64,000 nucleotides of DNA from Cycas panzhihuaensis (Eukaryota > Plantae > Cycadophyta), in the NCBI GenBank assembly GCA_023213395.1, contig CM041465.1:100509741-100573740 (forward strand), written 5' to 3'. Both the position numbers and the translations under genes were made by a program. Position 1 is the first letter of the stretch. Each line of letters begins with the position of its first letter. The notes beneath the pieces were generated by a model. It ran no database searches and was not told the origin of the DNA. It saw only the letters and a list, made by a program, of their open reading frames with translations. Shown here piece by piece: positions 25,421 through 37,924 of this stretch.

Positions 25421-25974
25421 AAAGTTTTTTTAAGAGAAGTTTGGGCATTACGCGATGCACTTGTGGGGCATTAATGGTAGTCATTAATGGCACTTTGACA
25501 AAGATGTTCAACCTCAATGCACTAGTAACTAATTATTGCAATGGTAATTTTAAACCTTAAAGATGAGAATTAGAAGAAAATAAGACATAATAGATCTCAT
25601 TAGGATAAAATTTGACATTTTGAAGTCCAAATTTGACCATTATAAAATAGGTTTTCTTGTTTGCTTTATTAATTCATTTTTATGCTCATTAGTTGGAAAT
25701 TAGGTGTAATTATTATTTTGACCTCTTGGCACTCCAACATAGATTGGGAGTTATTTTTGGCTTTCAAGAATGGCACAAATATAGTGATGAATAGGTAAGT
25801 ATAGGTGTGCTTCATAACTATTTTCATACTTTATTAATTTAATTTATTGTGATGTATGTCTTGTTTGCTTGCTTGGTTACTTACCCATGCCCCCTCCTTA
25901 TTAATGATGAGTATGACTTTGGTCCATGGCTGTTTAATCCACCCATCAAGCTCTTTAGGTTGGAAATAGTATCA

Positions 25975-27338
25975 TATGTGTGTTTGTGTTTTTATAAAAT
26001 CCTTTAACTACCAATCAATCAAAGGAATTAAATCAAATGTTAATATTCTCTTTTTCAAAAAAATAAAGCATGCAAGAAACTGTGAGAAGTAAGGAGAAGG
26101 GAGTGAGGAATCGTGCCTCAGTATGGCATGGCCCCATAAACAAGAGTGTTCTCCCAAGTTTGACAAGAGGGATTATCCAATCTTACAATTTTAAGATACG
26201 ACCCAAAGAGGAAAATAGGGTGCAAGGATGAGATGCAGAGTCTCAATAAGTGAGCAACATATGCTCATTAATTATTGGTATGGTTATGTGGCCTAGTATT
26301 AGGGTGAAAGGTGCATGAACCATGAGGTTGGACACCATATGATGTTGGGAGGGGATTACCTAATGAGAACGGGGATGCAAAAGTTGGAACTTACACCTAT
26401 TTCCCTTCTTTAAACTCCCTTAATCAGCCAGTGAACCACTCACTTCCTCCTCCAATGCTTTGGTTGTGATTATGGAGTGTTTCTAATTCATAGAAAATAG
26501 TTTCTCCAAGATTTATAAAGGAAGAAACATGGTTGAAGGTATGTATTATAGTTTTCAAGCTAGATGCTAAGCAGAAATGAGCTAAATGTTTGAAAATCAA
26601 AGTGAGTTAGAGGAAGTTTTCATTGAAAACTAGAGAATGGTTGGACTTTACTCATTTGATGCAAGTAAGCCTGATGTTTGTAGAAGAATTTATTAATGGA
26701 AGACATTTTCAACTCTTGAGGGAATGCCCTTCAAGAGGTCACTAAGTGTTAAGGGAAGAGGAGAGAGTGTTGGTGATTGTAGAGGTGAATTTAAGGAGTA
26801 TTCTATCCCAAAATCTGAGTTCTTTTGTATGCTTTCTTCCCAAAACTGAGTTTTTACTTTCTTATCTAGAAATGAGCTTGGATGATGAAGAGAATGATGA
26901 TGATACAAATGAAAATAGAGTTTTTGTTGTATCAGAGGGTTCCCCTAATCGTTACACCTTGATCTGGGCTTACCTTGAGGAATCAAATGTGTCAGGGGTG
27001 TGTATTAAATGTGATTTTGAATGTTACTAACTGTAATTGGTTAAGTAACTGTCATACCATAAATTTCTTTATGACATTGCAAAGATACCCATGGGTCATA
27101 AAAATCATAGTAAGGCAGGACAATAATCACCGTGGAGTAGATATGAATCTTTACAATATAGAGACACGGTGTAAAAATCAATTAACAATCAACAAAAAAC
27201 TACTCTAAATGGGACTAAGTCCTATTTTTAACCTCTATAGACTGACCTTGATACTTTGAAGTGATTGACAACATATAAGATGATGAGAATATAGGGTTCA
27301 TAAGTAACTCCTGATCTATTCTTAGTAGGTGGGAAACA
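25975..27338 (-). repeat. 3' LTR of element D (partial)
   Basis: Aligns with 39430-41039, with a ~270-bp deletion near 27305; minus strand starts TGTTTCCCACCTAC after PPT AAGGGGGGCAG. Confidence 0.85.
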
Positions 27339-30300
27339 CTGCCCCCCTTGGCAGCAGAACCTCATCACTCTAGAGCATGAGATGATGGTGAATGTTATCA
27401 ACATAAATGTCATTATTATGAATGATGACCAAGAGGAAAATATACAGAAAACCAAAGGGGTAGAGAGTATCATAATAGATGCATGGCTTCGAGGCATATG
27501 GTAAATATCGAAGATAAGTTTGTAACCTAATCAATCCTAAGGTGCATGACCATGAACCCAAGGCATATATAGGTGAGATATAAAAGAGGTGACTAAGGTG
27601 AATACCCTTAGTGGCATACCAAATGGATAGCATGAGCCTAAAGTGGGGTTAAAAAACTTAGAGAGACCCTTAGGGAAATGAGGAAATGCCTCATCACACC
27701 AAGCAAAGATATGAGCCAAGTAAGAAAGGGTTTTGGTTGCCACAGTTTAATCCTCATTGGCAACCATTATTCAAAGTTGATGAGATGGGAAAAGGGATAG
27801 GGTTTCTATAGAGGTAATGAGATGGAAAAAGGATAAGGTTACTCTTAGAGGCTTTCTAATGGGCAACCTATCAAGTCAGCAAAGAGATACCTTGGAGCTA
27901 AAGGTGATGCTTGAGGATAAAGTTGACTAGTTTGTTAGCCTCAATATTCCAACTATGAGGAAAGTATCGAATGCCAACTAAGGAAAAGTGATATAACAAG
28001 GATCTAACAGTCATAACTAAAGACCTTGACCTAGGGTAAAGGACCTAGTAGGTCTAGGTCAACTAGGACACTATGATTTAGGAATTGTAGCGTAGGATGA
28101 TAGGAACACAATGGAAGCAAAGTGCATCGGTTAAGGACTTAATGACGATCATGTACTTTCCTTCATTATTTATAGCCTCAAGAAGATACATCCTAGAATG
28201 CATAAAATCATGCCCAAAAGGATCACGAATGATCTAGGTTATAGTAGAAGGCCCTAGGTTGCCACGACTACCACCATCAATATGGATGAGTAGAGCCATG
28301 GGGAGAATAATAACTAGAATCTCAAGAAATAAAAAAAGAGATACTCCTTCTCAAGGAAAGGAGACTGAGAAAAAGAAGCTAATTGAAGGATGATGAGTCC
28401 TAAGAATCACAATTACATAAATGACCACTCTACAAGAGGATAGGAGAGACTTATAGATAGGCAACTAAGCTCATGAGCAGCCTACCCTGTAGAAGAGGGA
28501 AGGCAATGGTGAAGAACTCATCGACTAGGACCACAATTGGTATGGGACAAATAGGGGACTTGACTAAGGGATGAGATTCTACCAAGTGTAAAACAAGTTA
28601 GAATAACTATGAAAAATGGAATTGATGCCTCAAAATGAGTCTAAAGAGTATAAACATCCAAGGGGTTTAGAATAGCCAAATTTAGGGGTGAAAGGCTCCC
28701 TCTAAAGGGTAAAGAATCACTATTATTACACATAAAGGTGGATAAAAAAGGTGTTTAGAGGCCAAAGAAGGCTTGGGCCTAGAATAAAGCAAGAGTAGGC
28801 TTGCAAACACAGTCTTGATGGATCAATCAGAACGAGAAATGAACACAGAGCTCTAAAGAGCCCACTAAATAAAAGGGTGATGGGTGAAGAAAAATGAATT
28901 CAATTTTACCTTGACCTATGAGATTTAGTCAAACACTCTCCTACAACCCTTGATTTGGCAATTATAGATTAGCCTACTAAGAGAGATCTGACCATCAAAT
29001 TATTGTACATGAGGAGTTATTAGGATCAAGAGAGAGTAATGGTAGCAGTTAGACCAGACTTGGTATGTGGATCTTAGCATCAAACTTTTTATTTATATCC
29101 AATGGTCACATAATCATCATATAAACCCATAAGCACAAAAGGCATAATGAGAAAAAATACAAGGTAAGACAGGTACCTGCACTTACCTGTATTATAAACT
29201 CCTGATATATTCTTAGTAGGTAGGAAATATTGCCCCCTTGGCAGCAAAACCTCGTCACTCTAGAGTGTGAGACGATGGTGAATGTTGTCAATACAAATGT
29301 TATTATTATGATTGATATCCAAGAGGCAAATATGAAAATAACTAAGGGGGTAGTGAGTGTCATAATAGATGCATGGATAATAGGGACATGATAAAGGGGG
29401 AAGATAGGTTTTTGACCTAGTTAATCCTAAGGTACATGACCATGAACCAAAGCACATATAGGTAAGATAAAAAAGAGGCAAGTAAGGGGAATGCACTTTG
29501 TGGCACACCAAATTGGTAGCATGACCCTAAAGTAGGATTCAAAAACCTAGAGAGACCCTTAGGGAGATGAGGAAATGCCTCATCACACTAAGCAAAGACA
29601 TGAGCCAAGTAAGTAAGGGTTTCAGTCATCATAGTTTAATCCTCATTGGCAACCATTATTCAAAGGTGATGAGGTGGGAAAAGGGATAGGGTTGGTATAG
29701 AGGTGATGAGGTGGAAAAGGAAAAGGTTGCTCCTAGGGGCTTTCTAATAGGCAACCTATCAAGTCAGCAAAGAGATACCTTGGAGCTTAAGGTGACACTT
29801 AAGGATAAAGTTGACTAAGCTATTAGCATCAACATTTTGACTATGAGGAAAATATCAAATGTCAACTGAGGAAAAGTGATATAAAAAGGATCTAACAATC
29901 ACATCTAAAGACCTCAACCTAGGGAAAAGGACCTAGTAGGTCTAGGTCAATTGGGACATTATGATTTAGGAATCATAGTGTAGGATAATAGGACCATGAT
30001 GGAAGTGAAGTACATCAATTAAAGCCTCAATGATGATCATGCACTCTCCTTCATTATTTATGGCCTTAGGAAGATACATCCTGAAATATAAGAAATCATG
30101 TCCAAAAGGATCACGAATGACCTAGGCTATAGTAGAAGGCCCTAGGTTGCCATAACTACCACCATTAGTATAGATGAGTAAAGCCATAGGGAGAATAATA
30201 ACTAGAATCTCAAGAAATAAAAGGAGAGACACTCCGTCTCAAGGAAAGTATACTAAGGAAAAGAAGTTGGGCAAAGGATGATGAGTCCTAAGAATCACAA

Positions 30301-30985
30301 TTACACAAATGACCCCTCTATGAGAGGATATGAGAGACCTATAACTAAGCAACTAGGCTCATAAAGGGCCTACCTTGCAGAAGAGGGAAGGCATTGGTAA
30401 AGAACTCATCGACCAGGCCCACGGTTAGTATGGGACCAATAGGGGACTTAACTGAGGGATGAGATTCTACTGGGTGTAAAATAGGCTAGAATAACTATAA
30501 AAAATGGAATCAGCACCTCAAAATGTGTCCAAAGAGTATAAATATCAAAGGGGTTTAGAAGGGGTAAATTCAAGGGTAAAAGGCTCCCTTTAAAGGGCTA
30601 AGAATCACCATTATTACACATAAAGATGAAGAAAAATAGTGTTTATAGGTTGAAGAAGGCTTAGGCCTAAAATGAAGCAAGAGCGGGCTTACAAACACAG
30701 TCTCAATGGCTCAATTGGAATGAGAAACAGGCATGGAGCCCCAGAGAGCCTACTGAATAAAAGGGGGATGAGTGAAAGAAAATGAATTTATTTTTACCTT
30801 AACTCATGAGATTCAATCAAACACTCTCCTTCCACCCTTAATTTGTTGATTATAGATGAGCCTATCAACATCTAACCATCAAATTATTACATGGGAGGAG
30901 TCATTGAGACTGGGAGAGAGTAATGGTAGCAGTTAGACTAGACATGGTATGTGGATCTTGGTATCTAACTTTTTATTTATATATT
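27306..30985. repeat. ~1.89-kb tandem duplication of 3' UTR, PPT and LTR start
   Basis: 27306-29098 aligns with 29198-30985 (offset 1892 at the start). Confidence 0.9.
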
Positions 30986-31349
30986 TCTACTTTATACTTT
31001 TTAATTGCTGTGTTGCACTTATTTAAGAGGGAAGGGGCCTAACAGGGCCCACTTTGAGGCTTGGGAAAGGCAAGCCTAGGGTTATGGGGAACCCTGGTCT
31101 TAATGGACTAAATTTTAGCCCATAATTATAGTTTTTGATATTTGTTTTTAAGTTTTTAAGAATATTTTTCTTGGTACTATAGATTTTCCTATGGTACTCT
31201 AGATATTCCTATAGGATGATAGAAATTGCCATAGGGCCCATAGTTTTATTTGCGATGTTGTGAAGAAATCTATAGTGTAGGGATAGATAACAGAAATTTT
31301 ACAAAATTTTTAGTTTTAACTCTAATTCTATCTATTTTAGCTTCATTGG

Positions 31350-33200
31350 AAGTGGTCTTCCTCCCATTAGATAACAGATTATCGATTGATGGTGTCTTGG
31401 TTAATTTTTAGGCTATCATAGCAGTAGATAACTGCAAGAACATCGGGTCAACAATGTTGGCCCTCACGAAGTTGATGGAGGGTAGAGACTAGGACATCTT
31501 GAGATGTTGTGGCTTACTATGGATCATTGGATCACATTAGTATACCTTAAATCAGGCCCTCCTCATTGACATAGTATCTCATTGGGATCATTGTTAGCAT
31601 ATATTCCATCTCCCATGGGTAGGAGATCTAACCATTACTATAATAGATATGTAGAGGATCATGTGAGTTCCAACTAGTAGGGCATTAGTTGTTCTAGAGA
31701 CATTACTCAGCATTAACACAACTCATATGGAGGTAGCCCACTTCTTCTGTGGTAGGGGCTACTAGGATAGGAGGGTAGATGTCCCTTAGGATAATCGTAC
31801 TATCAGATATTCCTTAGGTGAGGAAATTAATTATATTTACTATTCTATTCTGGATTTCCTAAAAATAGAACTATAAGGATGTCCCTGGAGGGTGGATATA
31901 TATTATTAGGAGGTGTAAGGAGGGACAACAATTTAATTAGGTTTCTTTAATAGTGTCCAACCTTATTGCCCAACTCAACTATATATGAGCTATTAGATGG
32001 GGCAAATTCTCTTATTGCTCCTTCCTATAGTGCTTATTCTTTGACCACTTTTAGGGAGTAGAACCAATACCATGGCCTCCAACTAGTATCAGCTAGTAAT
32101 CCCCTCCCCCATCGATGGCCATCGTAATTTAGAAGCATAGAAGAGCTTAAACAGGTGAGGAGGTTGGTGGTATCCACACTAATAGATTTTCTCATATTAG
32201 ATGACTATGTGAGCTAACCATACTACATCGTCCACTGGGATAATGATGCAAAGGAGGGAGAGGTTGTAGGGGACCTAGTAGCAAAGCTAAGAGATGATGT
32301 TCGTGATGGTGATGCAACTATTGGCCCTGAGGTAGATGAGGTATTAACTACTACTAGAGAGATGGTCGTAGCTACTGTCAGAGCAGAGATCCTAGTTGCT
32401 GGTGAGAGAGTGGCTCAAGGGGAACCAACTGCTTGAGGAGGTGATTCATTTCCCCTTTTAGTTATGCCTTTGGTTTACATTTATTTGAGTGATTTATGAT
32501 ATTATTATTTATTATTGTAGATCTTTTATTTATACATACACTCTACCCCAACACATGGATTTTTATGGCTAATAGGTGGAGGTATTATAGGGAAGCTGAT
32601 CAATAGAGTTGTAGCCCAGCTATTCCCTTGATTGTATATGGAGGGCCAGCCTCTTATAGTAGACAACATGGAGCTAGGATCAATATGACCATACACTATC
32701 ATATTTGCCCCTATCATTCAAGTTTGAGACATATGGGCTATGGAAGCCCAAGAGAGGTAGACAAGGGAGGACCACCTATAGGTAAAGAGGAACCAACTAT
32801 AGGCTTAGGTGAGGGAGCTAGAGACCTAGGCAAGAGAGAGTAGCCTAGGGAGGAGCCACACCTATAGAGGTAGCTCTATGAGTTGAAGTGAGGATCGTAG
32901 TCCTAGAGTCCCAACTCTAAGATACCTAGGGGCGACTAACTATGTTGCGAGAAGAGCATAATCGACTCCAGGCATAATATAACATGCTCATGGATTAGAT
33001 GGTGGCTTGGTCCTCTTGCACACGTACAAAGGCACCATCCCATCAATGATCATGAGATGAGGCCCGTGTATGTGACAAGGAGAGTGAGATTGAGACCTTA
33101 TAGTAATCTAGGAGGAGCATTAGAAGAGCATGGTCCCTAGATCTAAGGGAATGCCAACCAGAGGGGCGATGCCCCATGACCACATCTAGACTGTTGCATG
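31350..33200 (+). pseudogene. Plant mobile domain (PMD, MAIN/MAIL-like) extra gene, antisense to element D
   Basis: 31550-31682 reads NQALLIDIVSHWDHC*HIFHLPWVGDLTITIIDM*RIM*VPTSR, fitting the PMD consensus L..ALVERW..ETHTFHLP.GEMTITLEDV..ILGLP..G; outer limits approximate. Confidence 0.75.
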
Positions 33201-34319
33201 GAATTCTTTGTATGATTTATTTTTTTGATCAAAGGAAAGATTTAGACCTCTAGGGGGTTCCACACTATATATATAAATGATTATATACCCCCCCATAAGG
33301 ATTTCAACTTCTTAGAACATATTGTACTAACACATTTTTGTACTACCATTTTATATATAAAGAGAGAGATGGGGGACCAAAATTTTGCCTCACTTTTGAT
33401 ATGAGTTATTCATTTGTCTAATTGTTATGGATATATGGATGACAAATGCATGATGTAGATGTATGAATATGCATGGATGCTTAATTGTATTACTTATTTT
33501 TGTTCATGAATTAGGGTACACATAAAGCATACATGATCACCTAGTTGATTAGGTATTCTCATGTGATGCTCACTTAGTAGGATCCATGCTCCTCAAAAGC
33601 GAAGGTAGAAATCTAAGCAAAAAGAGGACTAAATAGGTATAGATACCCTAAGAGTCCTATAAAAGATAGGTTCTATTAATGATTATCCTCTTTTAGGTGG
33701 CAACTTATACTTGTAGTTGGGTAGAGCTACCCCCTATAGGGCTCGATCTAACTTATGGATTTGGATTGGTAAAAGGGATTAAGCATGGGTGTGGGAATGG
33801 TTCCCTATAGGGGTACATCCACTACTACCTATGGACTAAAGAAGAGCACCACTTACTGAGGAGCTATGACACCTTCAAAAGGGGTATAACTATGAGTGCA
33901 AGAAGTGGCAGCATCATAAAGCTCGAATATGCATCATGTCCCCTTGTAAGGGGACTTGGCATCATAAAGGAATGGTAGGGATGGGCCTATGGTGATTGGA
34001 CCAATGTATAGAAAGAGTCTAGTTAGAACCAAACTAATGTAAGGGACTCAACATATGATGGATCACATGGCAAGGTTGCATGTAGATGTAATAGGCTCTA
34101 GTCCTTAATGAGAGTCTAAGGCATTAGGATAAGGCACTCTTGCAAGTGGGGAGTCAACATATATGCCTATGAGAAGACATTTATATGGAGTGAGAAAATG
34201 AAGGAAGCAGTTGGTTCAGAGCTAGTGACTTAAAAGACATTGAAGAGTCATTGTAAGAGGGAAGGTCCACATGGGATGCCTTCTTGGGCATGTAGGAAAT
34301 CAAAGCGACATATTAGGGA

Positions 34320-37300
34320 GAAGGCTCATGGTATTTAACATCCAACTTAGGGTCACTCATGATGGTTAGGTAACCATAGCTACCTATGCTAATGTGTATA
34401 AACCTAACTAAATTAGGTTCATGATGAGGAAGGGGGTCATCTTAGTGAGTGTTGCCCCCCTAAAAAGATTCTCCAAGGAAGGGATATCCTCATTGGTATT
34501 ACTATCTTTGACATTGAAGATTACGTTGCAAGTAGGATGAGTTGTATCAGAGGGTGGACGCTCATGAGTGACAACCCTAACTTGCCCTTCATGGATAAAC
34601 TTGAGTTACCCCCAGTGTGAGGAACAAATAACTCCTATTTGATCAAGCCATAGTCGACCTAACAAGAGGTTATACTCGACATTGATGTTAAGCACAAGAA
34701 CATCTGCAGAAATAGTATTTCCTCCTAATGTGAGTGAGAGGGTGACCATCCCTAATGGAGACTTCTTGCTCCTATCATATCCTTGGTATTTCCAAGGGAT
34801 GGACTTGAGGGCCTCTACGCCTAATTCCTTTATCATGCATATAAGCATAGCATTAACTGAGGAACTATTATCTATGATGGTCCTCTTTATGGTAAAGTTA
34901 GGGGTATCAATTGTAATGATAAACGAGTAGTGCCAGAATCATTCCTATTTGCTAGGAGATGGAAGATCTCATGGGTCAAATGAGATGACAGGCAGTCTAT
35001 GGGAGGTGGTACCCACAGTGTGGATGGGAGCATCTTGTTGACCAAGATCTTACAATAGAAGAGTGTGTTACTTAGGGAAACTCCATAAGATGTCCATTAT
35101 GGATATACCCATGGACACTGAATGTAACTCTTCAAGGAAGGGGAAGGCCATCTCTTTACTTATGGGTTGGGGAAGGGCCCTCCTAAAATCATAGCATCTA
35201 AGATAGACAAGAATGGTATTTGAGGTTATGGAAATTTTTGTTATGGGAGGATTCACAAGGGGTTGTTATTGGAAAGAGGAGGCTTGATTAGCCTCCTTGG
35301 TGGCTTGGGACCACGTGACCAGGTGCACAAGGGTGGTCTCAAGCATTTCGATGACTCTCTTCCTTTTATTTTTAGGTTGAGAGGATAAGAAGTGGTGGGA
35401 CCTAGGGCTTGAAGAAGGGAATAGATCCCTTGGCCCTTGTCGCTTTGCTTGGTTGGATGAAGGATCTAGGGATTATCTCCTATTCCTCACTCTCCTATTC
35501 TGGGTAGGTTGATCCTATTCCTTATGGTTTGGGAAAGGATCCTTATGAATAGGTTGGTCTAGATTAGGCTTAGAAGCCCTCTTGGGAGAGGTTTCATCAT
35601 GTGGTGCAAGCTCGAGGTGTTGCGACCAATATTACAAGTCCTCATGCAGGCGTTCCCCATGCACAAAATACTATTTCTTCTTAGAAGGAGGTCTTGCCTT
35701 CCTCCCTTGAGAAGTTTGGGTATTCCCATCTTTAGGCGGCATGGTGTGGGAGGTTTGATGCATAGTTCAATATGACTCTGAAGAGAGTTGAGTTAGTTAG
35801 AGCTTTAGTTCTTTGATCATACATTCAAAGGAATGCACAACTGAGGTGAGGGGATCTAAGGTCCTATCAGCTATATTGGTAGAAGGCCTTAGAGGTTGTT
35901 GTTGGCTCTTTTCATCATGGAGGGGAGGGGTTATCTCACAATGTTGTGATTATCTAGGAGGTTTCTTAAGATCTACTTGGATCTTAATGGCCTCCAATGC
36001 CAAGCACTTGGCTATGGCTAAAATCACATGTTGTTGCCCCCATTTTGAGGACTTCCATGTGGACCTTAGGGCAAGGGGCATTAACAAATATATCTCTCTT
36101 CAACTCCTCAAGCAAGGTGGCCTTGGAGGAATGAAGGAGATCATGAAATTATCTCACAAAGTCATGATTAAGCTTATTTTGACCTTATTTCAATGATAAG
36201 AGGGCTTTGACCTTACTTTTGAAGGGTGAAGCTACATCAAAGTAGTTGACGAACTCATCAACTAGCTACTGGAAGGTAAATATGGAATGGGCAAGGAGAC
36301 AGTAACATATCTCCCTATAGGGATCTTGGAAATAGTTTCATTAAGATATGGTCATAGGCCCAGTAATCAATATATGCCATGGTAAAGTCCTTGACATGTT
36401 CGATCAGATCCTACAAAGAAGTTCCATCAAACTTGGGCACTTAAGGAGGATGAGGTAGTAGGTTGATCCTGAGATCCTCAATGGACAAGGGATTTAATCA
36501 ATAATCAATTAAAGGATATACCCTTAGTTGAGTTAACAAATCAACTTGGAAGGTAGAAGGATATGGGTATGAGTATCTACTCCCATTATGTGGGGTTTAA
36601 GGTGGTTGACTATAAGAAGAATAAAGGTTCCCACATGTTTGATGGGAAAGGGCTACCCCCACATGGGGGTATGTTTCATAAGAAGATAAGTGAGAGGTTC
36701 TCACTCCACTACAAGAGTGCATCACATGCATAGTAGAAGCATGTGGATATGCACCTTAAGGAGTTATTACATAGGGGTGTGAGATAGGTGGGGGAATAGA
36801 TCCCTCTTAAAAAGGAACTGTATGCAAAGTGGTATATGTAGTGGGTGGTGTTAGATAAGGGACAAGGTTCTACCGATAGGGTCTACCTATGAGAGGTGCA
36901 ACCCCATAGGGATGGAATAAGTCCACCCCATAGGTTACCCCCAAGGCTATGAAGTGTAACCTGGGGGCACGTAGAGTAAAGGGTCCACAGGTTATGGATG
37001 AGGGTATATGGGGACGAATCCTCCATGGCCCAAAGCATGGGAATGTGAAGGTACTCAGGGTCAAATCAAATGGGCATAGGACATAATTAGTTATGGCATA
37101 GTTTCTTAGGTAGGAGGAGGTATGCTTAATACTATTTGAATAATCAACATACTTTATGGCATCACTTGAGTCAAGGGAGTGCTCATGGGCAGGGGGACTA
37201 CAAGAATAGGTCTTGATGTAAAAGAGGACATGGACTAAGATGATGTGGGGGGAAATGGAGGTGGATGAAGGTGATGTTGTGCATTGAAGGAAGTGCTCTA

Positions 37301-37760
37301 ACCACTTAGGAGGTGGTAGGGCACTCACAACTTTAAAGCATTGCCTCAATGCCTCCACCATGTCTTTAAGAGGAGTTTCAGCTTGCTCGTATGAGGTAGA
37401 GGATTCCTCATGTTGAGTAGAGAATAAAGGAAGGTCCTCATAGGCCCTCTCACTGAAATGAGAGTGGTCCATGGGGAAAGGCCCCCCTACATCATGCATA
37501 TGATAGGGCTAGAAATCTAGCTGGATTTGTGTTTGATCATCTAGATAATAGATAGGGTCCTTGCCTTCTTAGATAGGATCTTAGAGAGGATATGATATTT
37601 GAGGATGGTGCGAGTTAGAAGCATACAAGTGATATGCCTAATCTAATGGATAGCCATCCATTGGTGATCTTAGTTTGAATATAGCAATGGAGGAATAAAA
37701 AGGTTATTCTTTTGTAGGAGGGAGGCCGCGTAGATGACGAGAGAAGTGTCACATTCATGT
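34320..37760 (-). pseudogene. Decayed gag and protease of element D
   Basis: IIDNSSSVN and EYNLLLGRLWLDQ (34606-34880); VPKFDG-type gag at ~36440; collinear with 2334-5700. Confidence 0.85.
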
Positions 37761-37924
37761 CTCGCATAGGGAACTATGAAAGTATGAAGGTTAGCTTTAA
37801 GAAAATGTGTTGAGATTACCCAATACGCTATAAAGATCCTATGAGATAGATAGGGGTTGATGTTAGGAAACCAAAGGGATGCTAAGATTTCCTTATTCGT
37901 GTGTCCTCAGTGGAAGCATGCCTC

